A DNA stretch of 64,000 nt from IMG/VR virus record IMGVR_UViG_3300027899_000001, positions 62,001 through 126,000 of that record. The stretch is one strand, 5' to 3'. A model generated the notes under the pieces. It did not search any database and had not been told where the DNA came from. It worked only from the letters and a program-made list of their open reading frames with translations. This document shows, in pieces, positions 36,132-46,265 of the stretch. The stretch's first letter is position 1. Every line of letters begins with the position of its first letter. A program made the position numbers and the translations under genes.

Positions 36132-36884
36132 ATGGAAAAGAAATTTAATTATGTTTATTTAACAACAAATCTTGTTAATGGTAATCAATATGTTGGTGAT
36201 CGATCTTGTAATTGTAATCCAGAAAATGATAAATATTTAGGTAGTGGTACATATTATAAAAACGCTGAAAAACTATACGGAAAAGTAAATTTTAATAAAC
36301 AAATACTTGAATGTTTTGATACACGTGAAAAAGCTTTTAATGCTCAAGAAAAATATATTAAACAATATAATACATTAGTTCCAAACGGATATAATATAGA
36401 TCCCGTTGGTGGGCATGGAACTTATGGCGGATATTTGTCTGAAGAAACAAAATTAAAAATAGGTAATTCAAATAAAGGAAAAATCCATACAGAAGAAACA
36501 AAAAATTTATGGAAAAAACAAAGAAAAGGAAAAAATAATGGCATGTATGGTAAAGGTTATTTAATTTCTAAAGAAAAAAATGGAAGATATAATGAACCAG
36601 TATCTTCTAAAACGAAAGAAAAAATAAGTAACTCTAAAAAAGGTAAAAATACATGGATGAAAGGAAAAAATCATTCAATAAAAACAAAAGAACAAATTAG
36701 TAAAACAAAATCAAAATTAAGTTTTGAACAAAAACAAGAAATTTTTAATTCAATTAAAAATCGTAATACTAATCAAACAATAGAAGATATAATAAAAATT
36801 TTAATTATTAAATTTAATGTGTCTAGAAATACTATTTATAGAGCATATAATTATATTTACTCAATTTCTTCATTATCTTCTTGA
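36132..36884 (+). CDS. GIY-YIG homing endonuclease with NUMOD3-like repeats (inverted orientation)
   Basis: YVYLTTNLVNGNQYVG, YLGSG, EKYI, GYN; GKIHTEETK repeats. Confidence 0.85.
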   Translation: MEKKFNYVYLTTNLVNGNQYVGDRSCNCNPENDKYLGSGTYYKNAEKLYGKVNFNKQILECFDTREKAFNAQEKYIKQYNTLVPNGYNIDPVGGHGTYGGYLSEETKLKIGNSNKGKIHTEETKNLWKKQRKGKNNGMYGKGYLISKEKNGRYNEPVSSKTKEKISNSKKGKNTWMKGKNHSIKTKEQISKTKSKLSFEQKQEIFNSIKNRNTNQTIEDIIKILIIKFNVSRNTIYRAYNYIYSISSLSS

Positions 36885-38317
36885 TTATCACTATCAAATA
36901 CATCATTACCATCCCATATTATAATACCCTCTTTATCTTCAGTTATATCACCTGTTTCAAACAGATTAACTATATTTGTTTTATGTCCAATTCCACGAGC
37001 CAATGTAGGATCAGGATATTTGTTAAAGGCTTTTTCTGCTTCTTTTAATTCTTTTTCTTTTTCTTTAAGATCTCTTATTAGCGCTCTTATTGTTGCTGCA
37101 GTTGCAAAAAGTTCATCGGTTGTGAACTTTCTTGATGTCATTCTCTCTAATCGTTCAACTATTTCTTTTTCATAGTTTTTAGCTTTAAACCATTCATCGA
37201 TTTCATTATTTGTTCTAATATTAGTTTTAGTTTTTTCTAATATAAATCCTATAAATAGTTCTTTAGCATAACTAAAGTTTAATTCAAAAGATAATTTATC
37301 TCTTTCGTATAAAGTATTCTTTAGTTTTAATCTAACTACTTGCCATTTGTAATCTTCAAGATATTGCTCAATCGAATCATATGTAAGAACTTGTCCATCT
37401 TTAATGAATACTGGATTTTCAGTTACAATTACTGAAAATGCTTTTTGAACAAATCTTATTACTTCTTCCCAATCTTCCTTTGATCTTCCTATATAAGCAA
37501 TTTCTATATTTACTTTATGTTTAGAATCATCTTTAATTCTTATATTACCCTCAAATTTATTAAAAAGATAATCTAATTTTTTAAGAACGGTATCATATTT
37601 AAGAATTGGAGGAATTTCTTTAACTGTAATTTTTTTATTATCAATAGTTACGTTTGAAGAAATTAACCATGCTTTATCAACGCCTTTATATTTTTCTATA
37701 TTTCCATTAAATCCTTCAAAATAAGGTTTAACACTTTTACGAGTTCCTGCTAAAAAATCTTGAATGTCTTTCAATTTACGAGGAAGTATAGTTGTTTTAT
37801 ATCCAACAGCAATACCTACTATAGGTGTAACTAGACCAAGGGGTATATCCATCCAGAACGGATCGTACGGGCCCTCAGGTTCTCTTGTAGTAAGGTAATT
37901 ATACTTATTAAGGATACCATTAGCTGGACCTGAAAGTCTTACAGATGTGTATCTTGCTGCTGCTGGAGAAGGAGATACCTCAGATCCAAAAAATCCATAT
38001 CCTTCAAGAATTTGTAATGCATTACCAAAAGGTCGAGCTAATTTAGAGATAGCTCCTTCTAAAGATGTATTACCGTGATGATAACCATCTTCTATAGATT
38101 TACCAACAACTGTAAGTGTTTTCTGATATGCACCTGGAGAATTTTTAAGTATGAATCTTTGTACAGGAGTAAGTGCATCATAGAAACTGGGAATGCCCCT
38201 AGCTTCTAAGACATACACAGCATAATCTCTAAACTTACTATCTATAAATTTAGAAATTGGAAGACGTATTATTTTTTCTTTTTGTTTAGGCTTTGTTAGA
38301 TCTCGTTTACTCATCAA
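36857..38317 (-). CDS. gp52: Type II topoisomerase A-type subunit, T4 gp52-like
   Basis: RGIPSFYDALTPVQRFIL, YHHGNTS, AAARYT (catalytic Tyr). Confidence 0.9.
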   Translation of the reverse strand: MMSKRDLTKPKQKEKIIRLPISKFIDSKFRDYAVYVLEARGIPSFYDALTPVQRFILKNSPGAYQKTLTVVGKSIEDGYHHGNTSLEGAISKLARPFGNALQILEGYGFFGSEVSPSPAAARYTSVRLSGPANGILNKYNYLTTREPEGPYDPFWMDIPLGLVTPIVGIAVGYKTTILPRKLKDIQDFLAGTRKSVKPYFEGFNGNIEKYKGVDKAWLISSNVTIDNKKITVKEIPPILKYDTVLKKLDYLFNKFEGNIRIKDDSKHKVNIEIAYIGRSKEDWEEVIRFVQKAFSVIVTENPVFIKDGQVLTYDSIEQYLEDYKWQVVRLKLKNTLYERDKLSFELNFSYAKELFIGFILEKTKTNIRTNNEIDEWFKAKNYEKEIVERLERMTSRKFTTDELFATAATIRALIRDLKEKEKELKEAEKAFNKYPDPTLARGIGHKTNIVNLFETGDITEDKEGIIIWDGNDVFDSDNQEDNEEIE

Positions 38318-38609
38318 ATTCTTTCTTAAGTTTAAGATAACTTTCGTAACGTCTTTTCTTCATTTTTTCTTTAAAAAAGTTTTCCTCTTTTTTTCTTTTT
38401 TCAAATTCTTCATCAGTTTCTAAGAATTCTCTTTCAACTTCAAGAAACCAATGAGCATCCCAAGATTCATTTTCAGAATAAAATCCTTCATCAAATCCTG
38501 CACGTATTCTGTCTTCGGGTTGAAGTTCTATTGTTATTTCTTTATATAACACTGGACCGTCCCAGTTTTTAGTGCTGAATACGGTTTTAATTATTTTTTT
38601 CTTTTCCAT
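38307..38609 (-). CDS. Hypothetical protein (start MEKKK at 38609), possibly leaderless
   Basis: ATG lies 4 nt after a TATATTTA element. Confidence 0.6.
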   Translation of the reverse strand: MEKKKIIKTVFSTKNWDGPVLYKEITIELQPEDRIRAGFDEGFYSENESWDAHWFLEVEREFLETDEEFEKRKKEENFFKEKMKKRRYESYLKLKKEFDE

Positions 38610-38610
38610 A

Positions 38611-38660
38611 ATGTAAATATAATACAAATATTTGACAGAAAAAAATATTATGATAAAAAT
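38611..38660 (-). promoter_or_regulatory. Repeated early-promoter module
   Basis: plus-strand atgtaaatataa...tttgacagaaaaaaa shared with 57306 and 58127. Confidence 0.6.
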
Positions 38661-38666
38661 TTTTGA

Positions 38667-38906
38667 TTATTTAAGATCTTTTAAGATATTTGCGTAAGGA
38701 TCTATTTCTTTTACTTCTTCAGTTATTTCTTTTTCAAATCCTGTAAGTTCATTTTCATCTTTATCTTGATCTTTAGCTAAAAGTTTGTGAGTATCAACTT
38801 CTATTTCACCTCCTAAATCTGGTTCTAATTTAGTATTTTCATAGATATATTCACTTTTTGATGGATTATCTTCCCAGGGTCCCCAAATATTAAGTTTCTT
38901 TTTCAT
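38667..38906 (-). CDS. Hypothetical protein
   Basis: Operon-packed ORF. Confidence 0.5.
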   Translation of the reverse strand: MKKKLNIWGPWEDNPSKSEYIYENTKLEPDLGGEIEVDTHKLLAKDQDKDENELTGFEKEITEEVKEIDPYANILKDLK

Positions 38907-38907
38907 G

Positions 38908-39474
38908 TTATTTAATATTGTTTATTAGATCTTTTTTAATTGATTCTATATTTCCTGGATTATTTATATAATTTAATGAACAATAAGTTTCAACTAATTT
39001 ATTAAATACTTTTTTGTTTTCTATTAAATTTTTTCTTGTTACATGATTTTTATCAAGTATTTTGAAAATTTCACTTAAATGTTGTTTTGTATCAAATTCA
39101 TCAGGAATTATAGAAAATGACATTTTAGGTTTAATTTCTTTAGGCTCTTCTAATGATTCGCTTAATTTATTATCAAATTTAACTTCAACCTTTTTAGATA
39201 TATCAGTTGAATATTGACTTTGCCAAGGATGAAATACAGTATCTTCTGCTATAACTTCTAAAGAGATTTTACCCACATAATTTTCTTTAAGAATACCCTT
39301 TAATTTGTTTATAGGAATTTTAACAGTTCCATCGGGATTAATTTCTCCTGTAAATGTTAATGTAAAATTTTCAGTTTCTAACATAAGACGAGCTTCACTT
39401 TCAGTTAAAGATGCTCCTTCTATATTAACATTGCATTGAAAAATTTTGTTTTTATCAAGAAATATTTTGTACAT
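38908..39474 (-). CDS. Hypothetical protein, possibly virion-associated
   Basis: Operon-packed, beta-rich N-terminus. Confidence 0.55.
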   Translation of the reverse strand: MYKIFLDKNKIFQCNVNIEGASLTESEARLMLETENFTLTFTGEINPDGTVKIPINKLKGILKENYVGKISLEVIAEDTVFHPWQSQYSTDISKKVEVKFDNKLSESLEEPKEIKPKMSFSIIPDEFDTKQHLSEIFKILDKNHVTRKNLIENKKVFNKLVETYCSLNYINNPGNIESIKKDLINNIK

Positions 39475-39796
39475 TTACTTCTATTTTATTTTTAAGCATT
39501 TCATTAAGTATTATGTCAATGTGTTCTGCTGTGATCTTTATATCTTCGTTTTTGTATTTATATGATATATATTCATCTTCTCCTGTAATTTTGCATACTA
39601 TTTTTATTATTCTACGTTTCTTTTCTTCTGAAAGTTTATTGAGTTTATCTAGATCATGTTTTCGTACGCCTCCACCTAAAGGCGCTGTAGCAGCAAAAGG
39701 AAGAACCTCGCTAATTAAAAATCCAACTTCTTCCCAATTCATATTAACATTTTCCCAATTAATAAGAACTTCTTCCCAATTATAATACTGAAACAT
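39455..39796 (-). CDS. Hypothetical protein (WEE/WEN repeat N-terminus)
   Basis: NWEEVLINWENVNMNWEEV; divergent from the tail-fibre cassette. Confidence 0.55.
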   Translation of the reverse strand: MFQYYNWEEVLINWENVNMNWEEVGFLISEVLPFAATAPLGGGVRKHDLDKLNKLSEEKKRRIIKIVCKITGEDEYISYKYKNEDIKITAEHIDIILNEMLKNKIEVNVQNIS

Positions 39797-39848
39797 ACGG
39801 TATATTTTATATAGAATATATATTAAAATATATTAAACATCTAATCAT

Positions 39849-40877
39849 ATGAGTTTAGAATTAACAGGAAAATATGTATCTTCCACCTATCTTAATTTAG
39901 TGCAGCATGCCAGCGATAATAATTATTATGATGGCGCTGGTAATTTACTTACAATAGGAAGTGGAATTCAAGGAATTCAGGGAATTCAAGGAATTCAGGG
40001 AATACAGGGAAATGATGGAGCTCAAGGAATTCAGGGAACTCAAGGAATAATTGGAATTCAAGGAACTCAAGGCATACAAGGAATTGATGGTACTCAAGGA
40101 ACTCAAGGTACTCAAGGAATTCAGGGAATTCAGGGTATTCAAGGAATAAATGGAATACAAGGAACTCAAGGTATTCAAGGAATAGATGGGGCTCAAGGAA
40201 CTCAAGGTATACAAGGAATTCAAGGAATAGATGGAACTCAAGGAACTCAAGGGATTCAGGGAACTCAAGGAATTCAAGGAATAACGGGTATTCAAGGTAC
40301 TCAAGGTATTCAAGGAATTCAAGGAATAGATGGAACTCAAGGAACACAAGGTATTCAAGGAATTCAAGGTACTCAAGGTATTCAAGGAATACAAGGGACT
40401 CAAGGAACTCAAGGTATTCAAGGAATTGATGGTGCACAAGGAGCTCAAAGTATTCAAGGAATTCAGGGAATACAAGGAATACAAGGAACAAGCCTTCTTA
40501 ATATAGTTGATGACACTACTCCACAATTAGGAGGAGAATTAGATGCACAAGCCCATTCAATAGGATTTACTCAACAAACTATCACTTATGATGTAACTAC
40601 AACTACAGTTGATTGGAAATTAGGTAATAAAGCTTCGATTACAGCAACAGGAAATATAGGAACATTTGCTTTTACTAATCCTTCTTATGCCTGTAATTTA
40701 TTATTAAAATTCATTCATGATGGAGGAGGCAGAACTGTTACAACTTGGGATACTGATATTAAATGGGCAGGAGCAACTCCGCCTACTTTAAGCACAGGTT
40801 CTGGAAACATAGATATTTTAAGTTTTTACTTTGATGGCACCAATTATTACGGTATGGCATCATTAAATTTTGCATAA
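39849..40877 (+). CDS. Collagen-like (Gly-X-Gln) tail fibre protein
   Basis: About 58 G-X-Y triplets (mostly GIQ/GTQ) then a beta-rich domain ending DILSFYFDGTNYYG. Confidence 0.8.
   Translation: MSLELTGKYVSSTYLNLVQHASDNNYYDGAGNLLTIGSGIQGIQGIQGIQGIQGNDGAQGIQGTQGIIGIQGTQGIQGIDGTQGTQGTQGIQGIQGIQGINGIQGTQGIQGIDGAQGTQGIQGIQGIDGTQGTQGIQGTQGIQGITGIQGTQGIQGIQGIDGTQGTQGIQGIQGTQGIQGIQGTQGTQGIQGIDGAQGAQSIQGIQGIQGIQGTSLLNIVDDTTPQLGGELDAQAHSIGFTQQTITYDVTTTTVDWKLGNKASITATGNIGTFAFTNPSYACNLLLKFIHDGGGRTVTTWDTDIKWAGATPPTLSTGSGNIDILSFYFDGTNYYGMASLNFA
39963..40493 (+). repeat. Degenerate 9-bp tandem repeat (ggaattcaa/ggaactcaa) coding the collagen region
   Basis: Directly visible in sequence. Confidence 0.9.
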
Positions 40878-40880
40878 TAT

Positions 40881-43800
40881 ATGGCAACTATTACTATAAC
40901 AGATTCAGGAGGAACACGAAACTGGAGCGATGCAGCTACTTGGTCTACAGGCGTTAAACCTACTGCAGCGGATGAGATCATAGCTACAGCTACAAGTGGT
41001 AATGTAACTATTAATGAAGCAGCCGTTTGTCGTTCTATGAATTTAACTAATTATACTAGTACTCTTACGCATAATGCATTTTCATTAACAATCGGCGATG
41101 GTACTGCGCCTACTGGACTTTTAGCATTAAAATTAGTTAGTACTTATTCTCCTAATGCAAGTTCATCTATTGTATTTACATCAAGCGCAGTAGGAGTCCA
41201 TACAGTTGATACTGGAGCTAAGACTATACAGGCAATAACATTTAATAATACAGGGTCTTATCAGTTTGTAACAAATACAATTACAGTAACAGGGAGTATA
41301 ACGCACACTAATGGCATAATTGATTTTAATGGATTATCAGCAACTATTGGAGCAAATTTACTTTCAACTGGTACATCTTCTCGTACCTTAACTTTAGGTG
41401 CATCTATTATTACTTTTACGGGTACAAGTTCTCAGCCCACCATTACAGGCTCAAATTTTAACATTACAATAAATTCAGCAACATTTATTTTATCTGGGAT
41501 TAGTACAGGATTTTCAACTGTTGATAGTACTAATTTTAATGGATTGAGTTTAAAAATAACGGGATCTGCAGGATCAATATCCTTTTATAATACTTGTACA
41601 ATTCAGAATTTTATAATTGATCCTACTACAACAAAAACAATTTCAATTACAGTAGGTAAAACTATTACTTTAACAGGTAATTTATATTGTCAACCTACTG
41701 CCGGTCAGGTAAAATTTACTACAGGATCAATATCTAAATCATCAGGAACAGTAAATCTTTATCAAGTTGCTGCATCATCTACTACTACTTTCACAGGAGG
41801 CGCTACATGGAATTTACGTAATAATTGTGATGTTGTTATTGCTGATGCTTCTACTTATGGTTTATCACGTTCATCACCAGGATATTCATACATTGATTAT
41901 GTGAATGGCTCAGATAATTTTTATACAGCTTATGGATTTCATAAAGTAGAGTATACAGATGCTTCAGGTGTTTGCCCTATAGAAGATGAGATAATGTTAG
42001 GAGGAACGAGCGGTAGCAGCGCGAAAGTTTCGTACATACGTCCTTTTGATTGGTCAACTGGTATCGGCACACTATATTTCAAAAGTAAAAGTGCGCCATT
42101 CACTGCTGAAACATTGACAGGACAAACTGGAGGAAGCACTTGTTCAATTGCAAAAGATACTAGTAGTGCTGCTTGGCAAACAATTACATCTGGTGCATTG
42201 GCAGCAAGAATTGCTCCCAATGATATTATATGTATAGCGCAATCTCCAGATTCATCTAGTATGGGAACAGCAGTTTGGACAGATCAATCTACAAATTTAC
42301 CAGCAAGTAAGACAATAACTACTTCAACGAATTCAGGCGGACTAGTCAACATTAATGTTAATGTATCAACTCATGGTTTTACTACTGGCGATGTTGTATA
42401 CATACAAGACCATTTAGGATCTTCAACTGTAAATGGATGTTGGAGTATAACTTCTGTAGATGCAAGTCACTTTACTCTTGATGGAGCAACATATGTTACA
42501 AATGGTACTCAAGGTACAGTAACGTTAGTTAATCGTTCGGCTGTTAAACTTACTACTGCTCAAACGTTAACAATAACAAGAAACGAAAATGCATGGACTG
42601 CTGGAGCATCAGGGGATGCAGTTGCTACTGTAGATGCATATAATCTTGATCGTAAAGAAGGTATGTATAGTACTAGAATAATATTAGATTCTGCAGTTCA
42701 AACAAATAAATTACAGGCATATTTTCCTGTTACTATCGCTGGAGTGACTCTTAACAATTATCAAAAACTTTCATTTTGGTTTAAAAATGATTCAGCAATA
42801 ACATGCGCCAATTCCACTACTTTTATGTGGTATGTTGCATTGTGCTCAGATTCATCTGGAGCAGTGCCAATAGACACATTTCCTATACCTGCTATTCCTT
42901 CATTAAATAGATGGGTTCCATTAACTATTCAACGTTGTGATACTTCTACAAATTCTTTTGTAGCCGGAGGCAATCTTGGTGGTAATACTTCAACTCAAAT
43001 TCAAAGCATTGCTATGTATTCTGGAGCCACTGCTCCTGCAAATAGTAGTAGAATATATATTGATAATTTTGTAGCATGTGTTAGTGCTGGGCTGAATCTG
43101 CAGAGTCTTATAAGTAAAAATGCTTCAACACAAGGTTACGATACTTCAATTAATTATGCAAACGAAGGATGGCATTGTATTCAAAGTATCAGTGAAGACG
43201 GAAAAATATTAAAAATAGATAATGATACAAATGCAATGGCAAATTTAAGCATTACAACAAGAGGAACAGGATATACAGGAACATCAGGTTTATTTACAAC
43301 ATATATGCGAGAGGCAATAAAAACTTCTCTTGCTTCAGGACAAACTACATCTGTTAATACTATTAATGATATTGGATTGGTTGGATTAAATATACAATAT
43401 CAATTTGGTTATAATCTAATTACAGGTTTGCAAACAGGCGAGACTTTCTTTGATGGGCTTAATGGCAATGGATATGGGATAAATTTTACTTCTATATCAT
43501 ATACTACTATTAATTATGCATCTTTCTGTAGATATTATACAGGTATCTTTTCTAATTCTGGTAATAGTAATATATTTTCTACTATTACAAATCTTTGCAG
43601 TAATACGTATGGCATATTTTTTCAATATGGTAATAATAATCTAGTTAATACAATAATTAACAGCAATAATAATGGAATTTATTCTGTATATCTTAGTTAT
43701 TGTAATAGTAATATTTTTAATAAATTAACACATTGTAATAGTAATTATAATTATGGTATTATATTTGTTAGTTCTATTTCAAATATCATAAATTTTGCAA

Positions 43801-44444
43801 GTATTAATAATAGTGGAACTTCAGCTATATATTATCAATATTCATCTGAAAGTATTATTCGAGAAATTAATTCTACTTATAATGCTCTTGCAATAACTAG
43901 TATATATGGCGGAACGCATTATATACAAAATTATATGTTAAATGATAGTATTGATTACCTGAATGGTAGTCCGGGTGTACAAGATAATTCTATGATTTAT
44001 TGTCAAAATTATAGATTAACAGGATATGAAAAAATATTTACAAATTATGCTACTATAGTTAGCCAAGCATCTACATTAACAAATGGTTCTGGAAAAGAAT
44101 GGAAAATAGAAGTTACTAACATTTTTAGAACTAGCGCATACCCTCTTCGTTTTCCTATAGCTAGAGTTGCTGTTGCTGCAAATTCAGTAGTAACAATTAA
44201 ACTTTGGATGAAAAAATCTCATGCAACAAATATTATTGCAAATCTTGTGTGCATGGAAAATCAAGTTGCAGGACTTACAACTCGTAACATAGCAACAAAA
44301 GCTAATAACACAGACGAAGAACAAGTTACACTTACTCTTGATAAACCCACAGAAACAGGAGTTATTGAGATAGAAGTACAAGCATACTGGGGCGGAGCTA
44401 CAGCAAATGTAATCTTTGATAAACTAACAATATCACAAGCATGA
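40881..44444 (+). CDS. Large tail fibre/tailspike-like receptor-binding protein with beta-helix-like repeats
   Basis: 1187 aa, Thr/Ser/Gly/Asn-rich; repeating N-N-x-x-G-I segments near the C-terminus; follows the collagen fibre gene. Confidence 0.6.
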   Translation: MATITITDSGGTRNWSDAATWSTGVKPTAADEIIATATSGNVTINEAAVCRSMNLTNYTSTLTHNAFSLTIGDGTAPTGLLALKLVSTYSPNASSSIVFTSSAVGVHTVDTGAKTIQAITFNNTGSYQFVTNTITVTGSITHTNGIIDFNGLSATIGANLLSTGTSSRTLTLGASIITFTGTSSQPTITGSNFNITINSATFILSGISTGFSTVDSTNFNGLSLKITGSAGSISFYNTCTIQNFIIDPTTTKTISITVGKTITLTGNLYCQPTAGQVKFTTGSISKSSGTVNLYQVAASSTTTFTGGATWNLRNNCDVVIADASTYGLSRSSPGYSYIDYVNGSDNFYTAYGFHKVEYTDASGVCPIEDEIMLGGTSGSSAKVSYIRPFDWSTGIGTLYFKSKSAPFTAETLTGQTGGSTCSIAKDTSSAAWQTITSGALAARIAPNDIICIAQSPDSSSMGTAVWTDQSTNLPASKTITTSTNSGGLVNINVNVSTHGFTTGDVVYIQDHLGSSTVNGCWSITSVDASHFTLDGATYVTNGTQGTVTLVNRSAVKLTTAQTLTITRNENAWTAGASGDAVATVDAYNLDRKEGMYSTRIILDSAVQTNKLQAYFPVTIAGVTLNNYQKLSFWFKNDSAITCANSTTFMWYVALCSDSSGAVPIDTFPIPAIPSLNRWVPLTIQRCDTSTNSFVAGGNLGGNTSTQIQSIAMYSGATAPANSSRIYIDNFVACVSAGLNLQSLISKNASTQGYDTSINYANEGWHCIQSISEDGKILKIDNDTNAMANLSITTRGTGYTGTSGLFTTYMREAIKTSLASGQTTSVNTINDIGLVGLNIQYQFGYNLITGLQTGETFFDGLNGNGYGINFTSISYTTINYASFCRYYTGIFSNSGNSNIFSTITNLCSNTYGIFFQYGNNNLVNTIINSNNNGIYSVYLSYCNSNIFNKLTHCNSNYNYGIIFVSSISNIINFASINNSGTSAIYYQYSSESIIREINSTYNALAITSIYGGTHYIQNYMLNDSIDYLNGSPGVQDNSMIYCQNYRLTGYEKIFTNYATIVSQASTLTNGSGKEWKIEVTNIFRTSAYPLRFPIARVAVAANSVVTIKLWMKKSHATNIIANLVCMENQVAGLTTRNIATKANNTDEEQVTLTLDKPTETGVIEIEVQAYWGGATANVIFDKLTISQA

Positions 44445-44920
44445 TAGTACTTGAAAATAAATTAGAATACGGAAGATATAATGCACTTATACAATTAGAC
44501 GATGGAAATGGTATGAGAATGCAATTCTTTGAGCATTTATCAGATGAAGAAATAATATCTAGAGCTCAAGAAGTTGTTGATTACACTATAGCACAGCAAA
44601 TGTACAACACTATAGAAACGTTTCAATTTAATGTAATCGATAACGCAGAATTATTAAAAGAATTCATATATAAGATTAAAGAAAATCCAAATGTTACACT
44701 TATACAGTATAACAACTGGCTCAATGCAAGAGAATGGTATCAAATAGCGATCATCAAGTATTTTGTGTACACCTTAGCTATTAAACTAGCAGATAAGAAG
44801 GGCATAATGCTAACAGATTTAACAGAAGCTCAAGTGTTACAAAAATTACGAGATTGGATAGTTGCAACAGATTTAAGAACAATAGGAAAAGTAATAGGCT
44901 ATGGCACTCCCAACGATTAA
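44441..44920 (+). CDS. Hypothetical protein, possibly fibre-associated
   Basis: ATGA overlap with the fibre gene. Confidence 0.55.
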   Translation: MIVLENKLEYGRYNALIQLDDGNGMRMQFFEHLSDEEIISRAQEVVDYTIAQQMYNTIETFQFNVIDNAELLKEFIYKIKENPNVTLIQYNNWLNAREWYQIAIIKYFVYTLAIKLADKKGIMLTDLTEAQVLQKLRDWIVATDLRTIGKVIGYGTPND

Positions 44921-45092
44921 TGATGAATATACTCTAAATATTAATTATTTAGGAAAACCTTTTATACGAGTAGCGACAAAAAGTACTACAGATTTGAATA
45001 CTTTAAATACAGTGTATTTAGGTCAACCTTTTTGGGGGCTTTCACCTTCAAGCGAAACTACTAATGCAATATTTTTTGGCACTGAATTTTAA
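44901..45092 (+). CDS. Small hypothetical protein with internal repeat (TLNxxYLGxPF twice)
   Basis: TLNINYLGKPF and TLNTVYLGQPF. Confidence 0.6.
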   Translation: MALPTINDEYTLNINYLGKPFIRVATKSTTDLNTLNTVYLGQPFWGLSPSSETTNAIFFGTEF

Positions 45093-45095
45093 TTA

Positions 45096-45629
45096 CTAAT
45101 TACAATATGCTTTTGAAGAATTATTATTAATTAATATAAAATTAAATATTACTTCAAAAGCAAATTGAGTATGAGCTTCATTGAAATTAGCACCAATTCC
45201 TGCTTTCCACGTTAATCGTTTAAATTGTGGAAACATATAAGATTGAACGCCGATTAAAAATATAACAGAAGGAATAGGTTCATAATGCCAAGGTAATTCA
45301 GATTCATCTAATTTTATAAATCCAGTTGAAGCATATCCTCCTGAAATATAAAAACGTAAATTAATATCTTGTATGCCACTTTCACGAAGATTACTATATG
45401 TAGTAAAAACTGTACTCCATGAACTAATCTTCTCGGACGTATATGGCAAAGAGCCTTGAGGACGCCAGCCTCCACCTAAAGAAAATCTTGAAACATTTAT
45501 TTCTGCTCCGAATAATCCATTTATTTCTGAATCTCCAATATTAATATTTAAAGATATAGGAACTTGCGCATTAAGAGATGTGGATAAGAATATAAGTATT
45601 ATAAATAAACAACTTTTTATGTATTTCAT
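45096..45629 (-). CDS. Secreted outer-membrane beta-barrel-like protein
   Basis: Signal peptide MKYIKSCLFIILIFLSTSLNA-Q; amphipathic strands GAEINV, SLGGGW, YISGGY, LIGVQS, WKAGIG. Confidence 0.55.
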   Translation of the reverse strand: MKYIKSCLFIILIFLSTSLNAQVPISLNINIGDSEINGLFGAEINVSRFSLGGGWRPQGSLPYTSEKISSWSTVFTTYSNLRESGIQDINLRFYISGGYASTGFIKLDESELPWHYEPIPSVIFLIGVQSYMFPQFKRLTWKAGIGANFNEAHTQFAFEVIFNFILINNNSSKAYCN

Positions 45630-45640
45630 GATGCATATTA

Positions 45641-46261
45641 TTAGCGTTTATTTTCTTTCCATCTCATAATATCATAATTTTTATGTTTTTCCCAACATGA
45701 TTTACAAATAGTATAAATCCATCCTTCAGTTTGTCCAACATTAATAGTAGAGCCACAGGTTTCACAAATTTTATAAGATAGACTTTCAGCAAAAGATGTT
45801 ATTCCATAGATAGTATTATCTCCACCATTATAATAAAATCGCAGTCCTCCAAATTTTTCTTTTATTTGAGTAACTTCTATACTTATAGGTGGACGTCCTC
45901 CTCTAGGAGCATTTTTATAAATCCATTCGCCAATGGCTCTAAGAGTTTTTTGTTTTGCAGATGTTCTTATTCTAAGTTTATAACTCAGATTTTTCATCCA
46001 TTTATATTTGAACTCATTAGCTCTATTTCTGTTTTCATTTTCAATATGATTTTTTATTTCGCTCATAAGTTCATCAAGAAGCATAAACCAACCTCGATTA
46101 CATTCAATTCCAAATTGTATCGGGTCAACAATTTCTTTCTGATTAATAAGTTCTGCTACTTCTTCTTTTATAGATTTTTCACTTATATAAATTTTCTTTT
46201 TTACATGAGAGAAAAATTCAGGATATTTATCTAAAAGTTTTCGTTCTAATTCAGCTTCCAT
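45641..46261 (-). CDS. Phage hypothetical protein with C-terminal Zn-ribbon (start MEAEL)
   Basis: GIECNRGWFMLL, QIKEKFGGLRFYY, CETC...CKSC. Confidence 0.65.
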   Translation of the reverse strand: MEAELERKLLDKYPEFFSHVKKKIYISEKSIKEEVAELINQKEIVDPIQFGIECNRGWFMLLDELMSEIKNHIENENRNRANEFKYKWMKNLSYKLRIRTSAKQKTLRAIGEWIYKNAPRGGRPPISIEVTQIKEKFGGLRFYYNGGDNTIYGITSFAESLSYKICETCGSTINVGQTEGWIYTICKSCWEKHKNYDIMRWKENKR

Positions 46262-46265
46262 ATTT

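Noticed and set aside
39963-40493. CRISPR array
   Set aside because: Contiguous coding 9-mer repeat without spacers; no cas genes or repeat-spacer arrays seen anywhere in the window
39945-40526. Minus-strand ORFs 39945-40526 and 39949-40491
   Set aside because: Shadow frames of the 9-bp collagen repeat
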